64,000 nt of DNA from a virus: the IMG/VR virus record IMGVR_UViG_3300014050_000006, positions 32,001 to 96,000 of that record. One strand, given 5' to 3'. Positions 49,032 through 58,156 of the stretch are shown here, in pieces. The position numbers and the translations under genes are program-made. Under the pieces are notes generated by a model. The model did no database searches, was not told the DNA's origin, and saw nothing but the letters and a program-made list of their open reading frames with translations. The stretch's first letter is position 1. The number at the start of each line of letters is the position of its first letter.

Positions 49032-49385
49032 TTAACGACCTTCTGAAAGAATATCTCTTGCAGCTTTAGAAATATCTTTTTTAGTTGGAAGTGCTCTTGC
49101 AGAATATTGAGAAGCGTGTTTATTAAATTCTTTCTTTAATCTTGTTATAAGAGAACTACGATCATCAATTGGAACTAATCCAATCTTTACTGCGTGAGCT
49201 TGAAGATCACTTTTATTTAGATCATTTAAATATTCAGAATATTTTTCAACATCAAGAGTGCCATATTTACTCTTGCCATCATCTCCCCAAACTTGATTTA
49301 AAGTAAGAGGTTTCTCTACTTTTCCATGAGTTTGATTTAAATTATCTAGTTGACCTTTAGCTTGTTTGTTTGATTTACGTGGCAT
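49032..49385 (-). CDS. Small basic protein with Rho-N/HeH-like motif
   Basis: LNDLNKSDLQAHAVKIGL...RSSLITRL helix-extension-helix pattern; follows the major capsid gene. Confidence 0.5.
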   Translation of the reverse strand: MPRKSNKQAKGQLDNLNQTHGKVEKPLTLNQVWGDDGKSKYGTLDVEKYSEYLNDLNKSDLQAHAVKIGLVPIDDRSSLITRLKKEFNKHASQYSARALPTKKDISKAARDILSEGR

Positions 49386-49402
49386 AATATTCTCCTTGTA
49401 TT

Positions 49403-49431
49403 ATTATATGTTAATAAATATTATATGTCTA
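49403..49431 (-). promoter_or_regulatory. Sigma70-like promoter TAGACA-N17-TATAAT
   Basis: Directly after the capsid terminator and before the AAGGAG RBS of 49032..49385. Confidence 0.65.
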
Positions 49432-49433
49432 AT

Positions 49434-49472
49434 AAAAAAGAAAAACCCAAGGGGATTAACCCTTGGGCTTTT
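49434..49472 (-). terminator. Rho-independent terminator after major capsid gene
   Basis: Minus strand GCCCAAGGG-TTAATC-CCCTTGGGT followed by TTTTCTTTTTT. Confidence 0.85.
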
Positions 49473-49493
49473 CAATTTTCTAATATTTAAATA

Positions 49494-50609
49494 TTAGTCG
49501 TTGGCTACGATTAGTCCTGCAACTGCACGACCATCGAGACATACGCGGCCTTCTTCGAGGGATCCATAGAATCCAACTTTGTCAGCGCGAGTTACGAATT
49601 GATCGTCTGGAAGAGCAGTGAATGTTCCACCAGTTTCGCTGTTGCGAGCAACTGGACGAACAAATGCATCTTTGGTTAGATCAAGACCAACTAGAATTTC
49701 GTCACCGTCTGTGGTATTAGCTTCTGAGAAGTTTGTTGAACCTTCTTCAGTGCCACCGTAGAAACTATTGAATAGGGTGTTGTATTTTCTGCCAACACCA
49801 AATTCATTCATATCATGGATAGCAATTCCATAGATCTCTTGGATACCAGCGTTACGGAAGATTTCTTCACGAACACCAGCTGGAAGATCGGTGCTAGTAT
49901 TTGTTACTTGATTGTAAGCAAATGCACGGATATCACCTTTGATCTCTGGACTTACGAATAGATCGGTTAGACCATAAGAACTATCAGTTGAACCACCAGC
50001 ATAAGAGCTATTGATTCTCTTTACGAGGGTGATTAGATTATTCAAGCCACCAAGGGTTAATGCACCACCAGTGATTCTTGTGATATGAGCGTTAGTTGGA
50101 ACGCCAGTTGGAGCAGTGATAGCTGAAGAACGAGCTTCTGCTAGTGCTCTTAGAACTACTGCCCAAGCGTTACGTTCTTGTTTAACAAGAACTTCGTTGG
50201 TCATACGCTCTACAGCTTTGCTAACAACATCAAGACGACCACGGCGAACATATCTTTTTAGCATTGAAACTGCGCTATCTAAACGATAGGTGGCAACTTT
50301 CAATTCACTGAAACCTTCAACGTTAGAAGTTGGAAGACCACCTGCTACGTTTTGGCTCCATACAGTTGTATATCCTTCACCTTCACCAACCCATAGGTCG
50401 AGAGGAATAGAAGGATTATCATCTTCATCATAAGGAAGATCACTGTAAACTGCACTAGCAGTACCAGCTTGCATTAGAACTTTGCTAACGACTGGGCCGA
50501 TGAAGGCTGCGAATGCTTGAGTGGCTTCTCTGGCTACGTTAGCATCTCTGCTGCCCATAGCTTTGATTAGCTCAACTTGTTCTGGGGTATTTTTTAATTT
50601 TAATTTCAT
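49494..50609 (-). CDS. Major capsid protein (HK97 fold, inferred)
   Basis: 371 aa; follows protease/scaffold and decoration genes; strong AAGGAG RBS, biased codons, followed by a terminator. Confidence 0.8.
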   Translation of the reverse strand: MKLKLKNTPEQVELIKAMGSRDANVAREATQAFAAFIGPVVSKVLMQAGTASAVYSDLPYDEDDNPSIPLDLWVGEGEGYTTVWSQNVAGGLPTSNVEGFSELKVATYRLDSAVSMLKRYVRRGRLDVVSKAVERMTNEVLVKQERNAWAVVLRALAEARSSAITAPTGVPTNAHITRITGGALTLGGLNNLITLVKRINSSYAGGSTDSSYGLTDLFVSPEIKGDIRAFAYNQVTNTSTDLPAGVREEIFRNAGIQEIYGIAIHDMNEFGVGRKYNTLFNSFYGGTEEGSTNFSEANTTDGDEILVGLDLTKDAFVRPVARNSETGGTFTALPDDQFVTRADKVGFYGSLEEGRVCLDGRAVAGLIVAND

Positions 50610-50633
50610 GTTAAATTTTCTCCTTTACTGAAA

Positions 50634-51179
50634 TTAGAGTTCGATCTTGAGAAGAGCTACTCCGTTGGAGTCTCTATCACCAAGAAGCTTTCCTACTTTT
50701 GTACCACCAGTGTTTGTGGTTGACAAATCACCAGCTGTACTAGCATGTAGGTAAACGTTATCACCAGCTGAACCAGCAGCTAGTCCACTATAAAGAACTA
50801 CGCCACGAGTTAGAACTGGAACTGCTTGACCGCTGATAACTACGCCCATTTCAGCAGCTTTGCGAGGATTGTAAACTAGTTTCTCGCCATTTTCGTCAGT
50901 TTCACGAATGTCGAGTAGGGTCAATCCAATAACTTTATCACCAGAAACAGCAGCAGCTACTTTTGGTACTACGCCATAACGTTGTGATACAGTGTTGGTG
51001 TAAGAAGCGCCAGGATTGCCTAGCATTTCTACTGGATTGGTTGAATCGGCTTGGAAGCCAGCGCCTGCGATTTTAACTGCAGCGCCTTTACGAACAAGAG
51101 TACTATCTCCGCTATAAGCGAAGAAATTAATAACATCATGCTCGTTATATTGTGTTAATGGTCTTAGATTGTGTGCCAT
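50634..51179 (-). CDS. Capsid decoration/cement protein
   Basis: 181 aa, Ala/Gly/Val-rich, between scaffold and capsid genes; AGDNVYL...GDLS...VGKLL beta-tulip-like pattern. Confidence 0.65.
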   Translation of the reverse strand: MAHNLRPLTQYNEHDVINFFAYSGDSTLVRKGAAVKIAGAGFQADSTNPVEMLGNPGASYTNTVSQRYGVVPKVAAAVSGDKVIGLTLLDIRETDENGEKLVYNPRKAAEMGVVISGQAVPVLTRGVVLYSGLAAGSAGDNVYLHASTAGDLSTTNTGGTKVGKLLGDRDSNGVALLKIEL

Positions 51180-51196
51180 ATATTTTTCTCCTTATT

Positions 51197-52738
51197 TTAT
51201 TTTCTGAATTCAAATCCGTCCAAGCTGAAAGCTTTAGCGTACTTTTCTTGTACGGTTGGCTCTGCAGCAGGGGCTGAATTTGGTATTTCAACGGAAGCTT
51301 TGGTTCCATTGTCAACAGCTTGTTCTACAACCTCTTGGGTTGTAGGAACTTGTGCTACTTCTTCGGAAGCTTTGACTTCTTCGGAAATTGTTGAAGCTTT
51401 CATTTCTTGCTCTTTTTTCATCTTTTCTTCGTTCATTTTGTCTTGAGCAGCTTTTTTAGCAGCTTTGTTCTTTTCTTTCATTAGAACAGACATTTTATTT
51501 TTATAAGCAGAAAAGGCTTCTTCATTTAAATCTTTAATATCAGCAGCTAGAACTTGACGATCTTCATCACTAAGTTCAAACTCTTCATCAAGAGATGCCA
51601 TTCTGAGGGTGAATGCTTCTTGTTTGGCTTTTGCTTCTTGTTCAGCTTGAATAGCAGATAGTTTTTCATTTACTTCTGCTAGTTGCTTTTTAAGAGTTTC
51701 TTGTTCAGCGAATGCAGCTTCGTATTTTTCAGTTGCAGCTTTAACAGCATTATCTTTTTCAGCTTTTTCTGCTACGAATTGATCGCTAACTTTTTTAATT
51801 TCCTCTGCAATAAAATCAACAACAGAACTAGCTGTTACTTGACTAAGCAAAGAATCTGTAATTTCTTCAATTTTGGTTATTTTCATATATATCCTCTCTA
51901 ATTTTACATTTAAATCAGGTTCTTGGGAAATATTATTTTCATTAATAATCTCAATAGAAGATTTATTCTCTTGAATATCTAGAGCTTTTTCTTCTGTTTG
52001 GACTGCTACTCCTTGCACATCGGCTGCAGGATTTAATGTTAATCCCACTCCTAATGGGACAACTTTACCCAAGACTTGTCTATAAACGTACTTATTATTT
52101 GAAATTTTACCACTTCCACCAAAGCTTTTTAATGAACTTTCCATCTTTTCTATCTCTTTTTCGTCAGTTATAAATTGACCATTTTCAATATTCTTTTCGT
52201 TGCCATCAAGAATAACTATATTATATTCATTAAATCCAAGTTCCCAACTAGCACTTATACTCATATAATTATTACTAGTAGGATCATTACTTTCTTCGAT
52301 TTGATCTGCTAATTCTTTATTAACAACTTTCCAGATAACACCACCAAGAGTGATATTAAATGGTTGTTTCATTGTTTTTACTTCTTCTGCACTTAAGCTT
52401 TCGTTACTTCCGAACTTGCTAAAACTAGCAGATAATATACAACCAATAACTTGATTTCTATTGTGTTCTACATTAATTGGCTTATTAACAAAATTTTTAG
52501 TAATCTTTGCAGCAGTTTCACCATCAATAACATCACCATTTTTATTAACTCTATTGACTACGCAAGCATCAAAAGCAACAGGAAGAAGATCTATATTATC
52601 TTCTGTATTAATTTCTGGTAAGAATTTCTTTAATTTTTCGAGTGAAGCAACCGAAAGATATTTATCCTTCTCTTCGCTAACAACTGGTCTAATTTTAATA
52701 TTAGCAAATGTAGTCAAGAATTTTGTTTTATTTTTCAT
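51197..52738 (-). CDS. Prohead protease fused to scaffolding domain
   Basis: N-terminal NKNGD...KPINVEH...SASWE...NPAAD protease-like motifs; C-terminal Glu/Ala/Lys coiled coil. Confidence 0.75.
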   Translation of the reverse strand: MKNKTKFLTTFANIKIRPVVSEEKDKYLSVASLEKLKKFLPEINTEDNIDLLPVAFDACVVNRVNKNGDVIDGETAAKITKNFVNKPINVEHNRNQVIGCILSASFSKFGSNESLSAEEVKTMKQPFNITLGGVIWKVVNKELADQIEESNDPTSNNYMSISASWELGFNEYNIVILDGNEKNIENGQFITDEKEIEKMESSLKSFGGSGKISNNKYVYRQVLGKVVPLGVGLTLNPAADVQGVAVQTEEKALDIQENKSSIEIINENNISQEPDLNVKLERIYMKITKIEEITDSLLSQVTASSVVDFIAEEIKKVSDQFVAEKAEKDNAVKAATEKYEAAFAEQETLKKQLAEVNEKLSAIQAEQEAKAKQEAFTLRMASLDEEFELSDEDRQVLAADIKDLNEEAFSAYKNKMSVLMKEKNKAAKKAAQDKMNEEKMKKEQEMKASTISEEVKASEEVAQVPTTQEVVEQAVDNGTKASVEIPNSAPAAEPTVQEKYAKAFSLDGFEFRK

Positions 52739-53322
52739 ATTTCAAATTTTCCGTTCCCAAATATTACACCATCTTCTTCATCATCGAGATATAATTCATC
52801 AGCAGACATGAAATCAAAATCTTCAAGATTATATTGTTTGATATCTAAATCTGCCATTTCAAAATCTTCATCAGAAGGATCAATAGATGCTTCAATAATA
52901 ATTTCAGTTTTAGCTTTTGCTATATCACTATCAGCTTTGCGATAAGCATCTTTAACTGGTTTACCGCTTACCATTCTAAGAAACATATTAACTCTAGCCA
53001 TAGCCCATTGTCCACGAGTTTTTCCAGGACGATGAGAAGAAGAAAATGCTCCAGCTCCACGGCGATATACTTTTTTTAATTGACCAAGTGTTACCTTTTT
53101 CTTATTTTTACTATTATGTTCTTTAACTTTGTTTTTTAAAGCTTCGATTACTTTTTTGGAAAATTCAATACCTTTATCGCTTTTTGTTCCTGCACTTCCA
53201 GGTTTATTACGAGATGATCCTTTGCGTTTTTCAGATGGTTTTGCTGGAGTTTGGGCTGCAGATTTTGGACCTTTTCTGGCAGCATTTAATTCAAAGCCAT
53301 ATTGTTCAGAATTATAATTCAT
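52735..53322 (-). CDS. Basic protein with DUF5824-like motif (start revised to ATG at 53322)
   Basis: LKKVYRRGAGAFSSSHRPGKTRGQWAMARVNMF; basic N-terminus and acidic C-terminus. Confidence 0.55.
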   Translation of the reverse strand: MNYNSEQYGFELNAARKGPKSAAQTPAKPSEKRKGSSRNKPGSAGTKSDKGIEFSKKVIEALKNKVKEHNSKNKKKVTLGQLKKVYRRGAGAFSSSHRPGKTRGQWAMARVNMFLRMVSGKPVKDAYRKADSDIAKAKTEIIIEASIDPSDEDFEMADLDIKQYNLEDFDFMSADELYLDDEEDGVIFGNGKFEI

Positions 53323-53371
53323 TCTATATATAATATACACTTATAGAGGAGAGATTTTTAATTAATTTTAA

Positions 53372-53521
53372 TTATTTGTTATATAATTCTTTGGTAACGT
53401 CATCCGCAGAGCCCATAGTAGGAGTCTCTGGATATTTTGTAGGTAATTCTCTGCTATCTAAATTTGGTTCAGAACAACTAATTAATAAAAATAAAGGCAA
53501 TATTAATATTAACTTTTTCAT
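53372..53521 (-). CDS. Small 49-aa lipoprotein (not in ORF track)
   Basis: MKKLILILPLFLLIS-C lipoprotein signal; GTGTAA motif 8 nt upstream. Confidence 0.7.
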   Translation of the reverse strand: MKKLILILPLFLLISCSEPNLDSRELPTKYPETPTMGSADDVTKELYNK

Positions 53522-53529
53522 AATAACTA

Positions 53530-54156
53530 TTACACGTTTAATGAATTTTCTATTAAATTAGCTTCTGCATCTCGTCTACGAGTCATTCCCTTTTCTATAC
53601 TTCCACCAAACCAGATTCTTTTCATATTTCTTATTTGATTAGCTATAAATGTTAATGCTTTTTGATCATAAACTGATACTAATTTCATGCCATCTCGTAT
53701 TAATTTCATTTCACGGCGGCGATCACCTTCTAAACTATTACCTCGATTAAATACAAGACTAACTAATCCACCTTTTGCATCTTCTGGAAGATTATCAAAA
53801 TTAGGAAAAGTTTCACGCGTTAAATTATAAAATTTAGTTACTGTTTTATTATTAAATACTTTTAGTGCAAGCTCCCAAGGAATAGAAATATCTTTTAATC
53901 CTCTAATAAGATCTTTTGCTGCGATTCCTTTTATTCCAACTACTTTATATAATCTATCAAAATCTTTTTGATTTAATTCTTTCCAGTCATTTGTGAATTC
54001 TGCTTTATTAACATATCCAAGATCATAACCAACACCAATTGTAACTCCACTTTGCTCTCCTGGCCAAGTTGGATTTTTTAAAAATTTATTATAATAATTT
54101 TCGCCACCACCAACTTCAAATTCAAGAATAAGATCAAGAGATTTTTTATTTAACAT
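53530..54156 (-). CDS. Endolysin, lysozyme superfamily (GH24/pesticin-like muramidase)
   Basis: LILEFE, GVTIGVGYDLG, LVSLVFNRG and GMTRRRDAEANL. Confidence 0.85.
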   Translation of the reverse strand: MLNKKSLDLILEFEVGGGENYYNKFLKNPTWPGEQSGVTIGVGYDLGYVNKAEFTNDWKELNQKDFDRLYKVVGIKGIAAKDLIRGLKDISIPWELALKVFNNKTVTKFYNLTRETFPNFDNLPEDAKGGLVSLVFNRGNSLEGDRRREMKLIRDGMKLVSVYDQKALTFIANQIRNMKRIWFGGSIEKGMTRRRDAEANLIENSLNV

Positions 54157-54593
54157 ATTATTTTTCCAATACCAAGATTTTGTTTTTTAATAGAGATTTT
54201 ATTATTTTTTCCACTTATATTTTCTAAAATAGTAATTATCCCTGCTGGTCCTAGAGCTCCATCAATCTGCCAATTAGTTAATGGTATTCTATTTCTATCA
54301 GTTGAATTATTTATCCAACTTATATCATTAGCGAAAAAAATCCATTTATTTCTACGATTAACGTCAAAAGTATCCGTATCATTAAAAAAAATGACAGGAT
54401 TATAATCAAATGTATTTGGAATAAGTACTCCATCATTAACAATAACAGATGGATTTATATAAGCATTTTTAAAAACACCACTATCTCCAATAAATATAAA
54501 TTCTCCATTTATATTAATATTTCCAAATGAATTTCCCCATCCTTGTAATAATATTCTTTTTGGTAAAGTTACCGTTGTTTGTATTTTGCCCAT
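54150..54593 (-). CDS. Hypothetical protein consisting mainly of a module shared with tail adhesins
   Basis: ILLQG..INGEF...NKW...NNSTD..IPLTNW...GIITI. Confidence 0.65.
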   Translation of the reverse strand: MGKIQTTVTLPKRILLQGWGNSFGNININGEFIFIGDSGVFKNAYINPSVIVNDGVLIPNTFDYNPVIFFNDTDTFDVNRRNKWIFFANDISWINNSTDRNRIPLTNWQIDGALGPAGIITILENISGKNNKISIKKQNLGIGKIIC

Positions 54594-54594
54594 T

Positions 54595-55011
54595 TTAATT
54601 ATTTATTTTATCTATTGTTTTATCTATGATATTATCTGCTGGGACTTTTTCTTTTAACCAAGAATTTAAGACTCCAAAATAAACAAGATGTTCACTATCA
54701 ATAAGATAAAGTTCATTACCGAAATTATCTTTATAAGGTTTTATACCAGAGTCTTCTTTTAATTCTATTGCTTTTTCTTTTTTAAATTTAATTTTATACA
54801 TTGATATTAAATTATTATATCTTTCACGCGCTTGAGAAGTAATAACTGCATCATCACCAATAAAAGAAATTAACCCACCATTATCTTTCTCATATTGTTT
54901 TGGAGTAGTTGCGTCATATGAAGATTTATCATCTTCTATTTTATTTGGGGTCACAGTAGCACAACTAACTAAAAATAAATTAAGAACTAATACGCTTGCG
55001 AATTTCTTCAA
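54595..55011 (-). CDS. Lipoprotein, o-spanin-like
   Basis: MKKFASVLVLNLFLVS-C lipobox; overlaps the upstream ORF by 32 nt. Confidence 0.6.
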   Translation of the reverse strand: MKKFASVLVLNLFLVSCATVTPNKIEDDKSSYDATTPKQYEKDNGGLISFIGDDAVITSQARERYNNLISMYKIKFKKEKAIELKEDSGIKPYKDNFGNELYLIDSEHLVYFGVLNSWLKEKVPADNIIDKTIDKINN

Positions 55012-55180
55012 GATTTTTCTCCTTAACAGATTTTTCTATTTCACTTTGATAATTAACTTCTTTTTGAGCTTCTTGACGCTCTTTCATTTCTTTTGTATTC
55101 TTAGCGCCGAATACATTATTAATTGCTGAGAATATTCCAGATACTGCTGAGAGTAAAGCTTGGAGTATTCCAGTTGGCAT
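54980..55180 (-). CDS. i-spanin-like small protein
   Basis: N-terminal hydrophobic segment plus charged coiled coil; overlaps the lipoprotein gene. Confidence 0.5.
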   Translation of the reverse strand: MPTGILQALLSAVSGIFSAINNVFGAKNTKEMKERQEAQKEVNYQSEIEKSVKEKNLEEIRKRISS

Positions 55181-55182
55181 GA

Positions 55183-55632
55183 TTACTCTACGTAACTTGC
55201 TGTAGCATCTTTACATCCAGATGCAATAGCGTTAAGTACCTTAATTGCAAGAGCAGTATTTCCATCAATACGAGCAAATTGTTGAGCGTAAATATCTTTA
55301 ATAACACTAACATAATTTACCCAATGAGTTTTTTCTGATGGAAGATAATCGTTCAAAGCTTTTTGAAGTTGTTCTGGAGTTGGAGCAGTTCCAACTGTTA
55401 GTCCTTCTACAATTGTTGCAACATGGTTAATCATTTTAGCCTTTTCTACGCGATCACTTGCAGAAACAGCTTGATCAAGAACTACTGTACAGGCTAATAC
55501 AACAGCTGGTTTAACATATGGAAGAGCATTTGAAACACTTGTTGCTGGATCAACTTGACCAGTTGGAGTTGTTGCACAAGCACCAAGGAATACGCTCAAA
55601 AGAGCAACTGCTGCTAATTGTAATTTATTCAT
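55183..55632 (-). CDS. Lipoprotein in lysis cassette
   Basis: MNKLQLAAVALLSVFLGA-C lipobox. Confidence 0.75.
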   Translation of the reverse strand: MNKLQLAAVALLSVFLGACATTPTGQVDPATSVSNALPYVKPAVVLACTVVLDQAVSASDRVEKAKMINHVATIVEGLTVGTAPTPEQLQKALNDYLPSEKTHWVNYVSVIKDIYAQQFARIDGNTALAIKVLNAIASGCKDATASYVE

Positions 55633-55913
55633 GTATTTTCTCCATTTGTTCTATCTTTTGCTTCAACTGTTTGAGCTACTGTTCCGCCAGTAACTGCTGC
55701 ATCTTTTACTGTCAATGCGAAAATAATACCAGAAACAACTGCTATTAATTTTGAAATTCCAAGAATATAAACTTCTGCTTGATCTGGAAGAAATGCTACT
55801 AATGAGGGATCACTATGAATTGCTATTGCTGTACAAACTGCTACAACTGTAACTATTCCAGATGAGCTAGATCTCCAATTTGGGCCGAATACTTTAGATA
55901 GCATATTTTTCAT
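55629..55913 (-). CDS. Holin (two TM segments, dual-start MKNM)
   Basis: 94 aa, NWRSS..G then two hydrophobic helices and a KD motif; first gene of the lysis cassette. Confidence 0.7.
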   Translation of the reverse strand: MKNMLSKVFGPNWRSSSSGIVTVVAVCTAIAIHSDPSLVAFLPDQAEVYILGISKLIAVVSGIIFALTVKDAAVTGGTVAQTVEAKDRTNGENT

Positions 55914-55919
55914 ATTAGA

Positions 55920-55925
55920 TTACAC
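55920..55925 (-). promoter_or_regulatory. GTGTAA late-promoter-like motif
   Basis: 6 nt upstream of the holin ATG. Confidence 0.65.
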
Positions 55926-55965
55926 TATATTATATATGGAAATAATTAAATAATCAATTTTAATC

Positions 55966-58155
55966 TTATTGAGTATCTATATAAAAATTATTTAAATCAA
56001 AAGCTATATTACCTGTAACTCCTGGACCATTAATTGAAAAATTAGGAGCAAGAGCATAATCTGGGGCTGGAAGTGCAGTTATAGCTCTATAACCTGTTGA
56101 GATTGTACTTTTTAATATAGAAATATTCATATCAACATAAGGTTTATCTGGCAGTCCATACATACTTAATTCATATACATTTCCACTTGTAATTGGAAAA
56201 CTCGCGCCTAACGAAACTTTTTTTCTATTAACATTATCTGTACCTGGAGAAGTAGAATCTGAATGAATAAAACTTAAATTTGAATCTCCGCTATTAAATC
56301 CTACTCCAATAAGATTTTGTCGATTTGAAGAATATGGATCAAATGTAGAATTTGCTACAAGAATTGTTTGTTTATCCCATAATCCAAAAAATCCTCTACC
56401 GCTTGTGCCTATATTATTTTCACTTATTCCAAATCTAGCTTGAAAGAAAAATCCACCAAGTCCTCCTGTTCCTCTAAAAGTATTTTGATCAACATTATTA
56501 CTAACTCCTGCTTCAATTAATCCACCTGTATGTAAAAATCCAACTCTTGGTAATGATCCTAATACATCTCCTACTTTCATATAAATTGGTCTAGTTATTA
56601 TACCACTAGAAGCTAAATTGATACCAAAACCTGCATTAGTACTCGAAATAGAATTTGATCTTGATTGATAATTGATTATTCTATTTGTTGCAAGATTTGG
56701 TTGAAAAGCTATACTTCTTCCTTCGAGATCTACTTGAGTTAGAATATTCCTTGCTGTCATAGATCTATTATATAAAGCTATTCCTCTAGATGGTTTAATA
56801 TTTTCTCCAGATAAATATGAATTATTTAAATTTAAAGTCCCACTTATAAGATTTAATCCAGAATTATTTATTCTTGCTATAACTTTATCTGCGGTTGTAC
56901 CAGCAATATGAAATTCTATATTAGAGTTAGTTGGAGTAGTTCCAATATCTAAACTCCCTCCTTGTACAAATAAATAACCATCTAGTCCACTTCCATTAGT
57001 AAACCCTGGATCTGCATAACCAGAATTATTTATTCCAAGATTAATATAATTAGATGTATCTGTACCATTATTTGCAGTAATAACAAGGTCTGCAGTTGCT
57101 GTTGTTCCAGTTGCACGATTTTGAATATTTACTTGTATATAAGTATTTCCGCTACCTACTATTGAAAGTGGGTTTGATGGTAAATTTAATGGAGCTATAT
57201 TTGATAGTGAAAATACTCCAGAATCTGCAAAAGTTTTTATTCCACTAATAGTTTGATTTCCAGTATTGTAAACAAGATTAGGCGCGCTAAGTGAATTTGT
57301 TAAAGTGACTACTCCACTTGTTATAGTTATATCTACTCCAGAAAGTGAAAGGTTATCAATATTATTTAAGTCTATAGCATTAAAAATGCCAGTACCAGAG
57401 ACATTTATATTATTAGCAAAAGTTTTTATTCCACTAATTGTTTGATTACCAGTATTATAAATTAAATTATTAGCGTAAAGTTTTTCAAAAGTGCCAGTAT
57501 TGCCATTGATTTCACCACTAAAATCTATTGTTTCTGATTTTAATCTAAAATAACTAGTATCAAAAAGTGCATTTGATCCATTTAAATGAATCTCTGCTTC
57601 TTCTCCAAATAAAGTAAAAGAATTTGAAGTCTGATTAATATTACTAAGCGCTGTGCCTCTTAATCTTAAATTATATGAAGCAATATCTAATCCAAGCGGA
57701 CCATCAATATCATTATATCCACTAATTGCACTTAAAATATTTCCATTAGTAATTTTTATTCCTGTTGCGAAAGTTTTAGTTCCAATAATTGTTTGATTGC
57801 CAGTATTATATACTAAATTATTTGCGAAAACTGTCGTAAAATAACCCGTATATCCACTTAGATTTCCTGTAACTGTTGTATCAATTATTTCATTATATCT
57901 TAAAGTGCCAGCAACTGTAAGATCTCCAGAAACATTTAAATTATTTAAAAATGTTTTATTTCCAGAAATATTTTGGTTTCCTGTTAACAATACTGTTTCA
58001 TTTAAAATAATACTAGATGCAGCGCCAGATGCAGCGCCAGATGCAGCGCCAGATGCAAAAGCAAGTAATAATCCACTTTGAGAACTTATTGAATCAACAA
58101 AAAATCCACTTAAATCGCCTTGATCAATTTGTTTTGTTCTAATATAGTTTGGCAT
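55966..58155 (-). CDS. Fibre-like virion protein
   Basis: Repeated NLVYNTGNQTISGIKTF motifs; IRTKQID N-terminus; 12-bp tandem repeat encoding ASGAASGAAS. Confidence 0.7.
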   Translation of the reverse strand: MPNYIRTKQIDQGDLSGFFVDSISSQSGLLLAFASGAASGAASGAASSIILNETVLLTGNQNISGNKTFLNNLNVSGDLTVAGTLRYNEIIDTTVTGNLSGYTGYFTTVFANNLVYNTGNQTIIGTKTFATGIKITNGNILSAISGYNDIDGPLGLDIASYNLRLRGTALSNINQTSNSFTLFGEEAEIHLNGSNALFDTSYFRLKSETIDFSGEINGNTGTFEKLYANNLIYNTGNQTISGIKTFANNINVSGTGIFNAIDLNNIDNLSLSGVDITITSGVVTLTNSLSAPNLVYNTGNQTISGIKTFADSGVFSLSNIAPLNLPSNPLSIVGSGNTYIQVNIQNRATGTTATADLVITANNGTDTSNYINLGINNSGYADPGFTNGSGLDGYLFVQGGSLDIGTTPTNSNIEFHIAGTTADKVIARINNSGLNLISGTLNLNNSYLSGENIKPSRGIALYNRSMTARNILTQVDLEGRSIAFQPNLATNRIINYQSRSNSISSTNAGFGINLASSGIITRPIYMKVGDVLGSLPRVGFLHTGGLIEAGVSNNVDQNTFRGTGGLGGFFFQARFGISENNIGTSGRGFFGLWDKQTILVANSTFDPYSSNRQNLIGVGFNSGDSNLSFIHSDSTSPGTDNVNRKKVSLGASFPITSGNVYELSMYGLPDKPYVDMNISILKSTISTGYRAITALPAPDYALAPNFSINGPGVTGNIAFDLNNFYIDTQ

Positions 58156-58156
58156 A

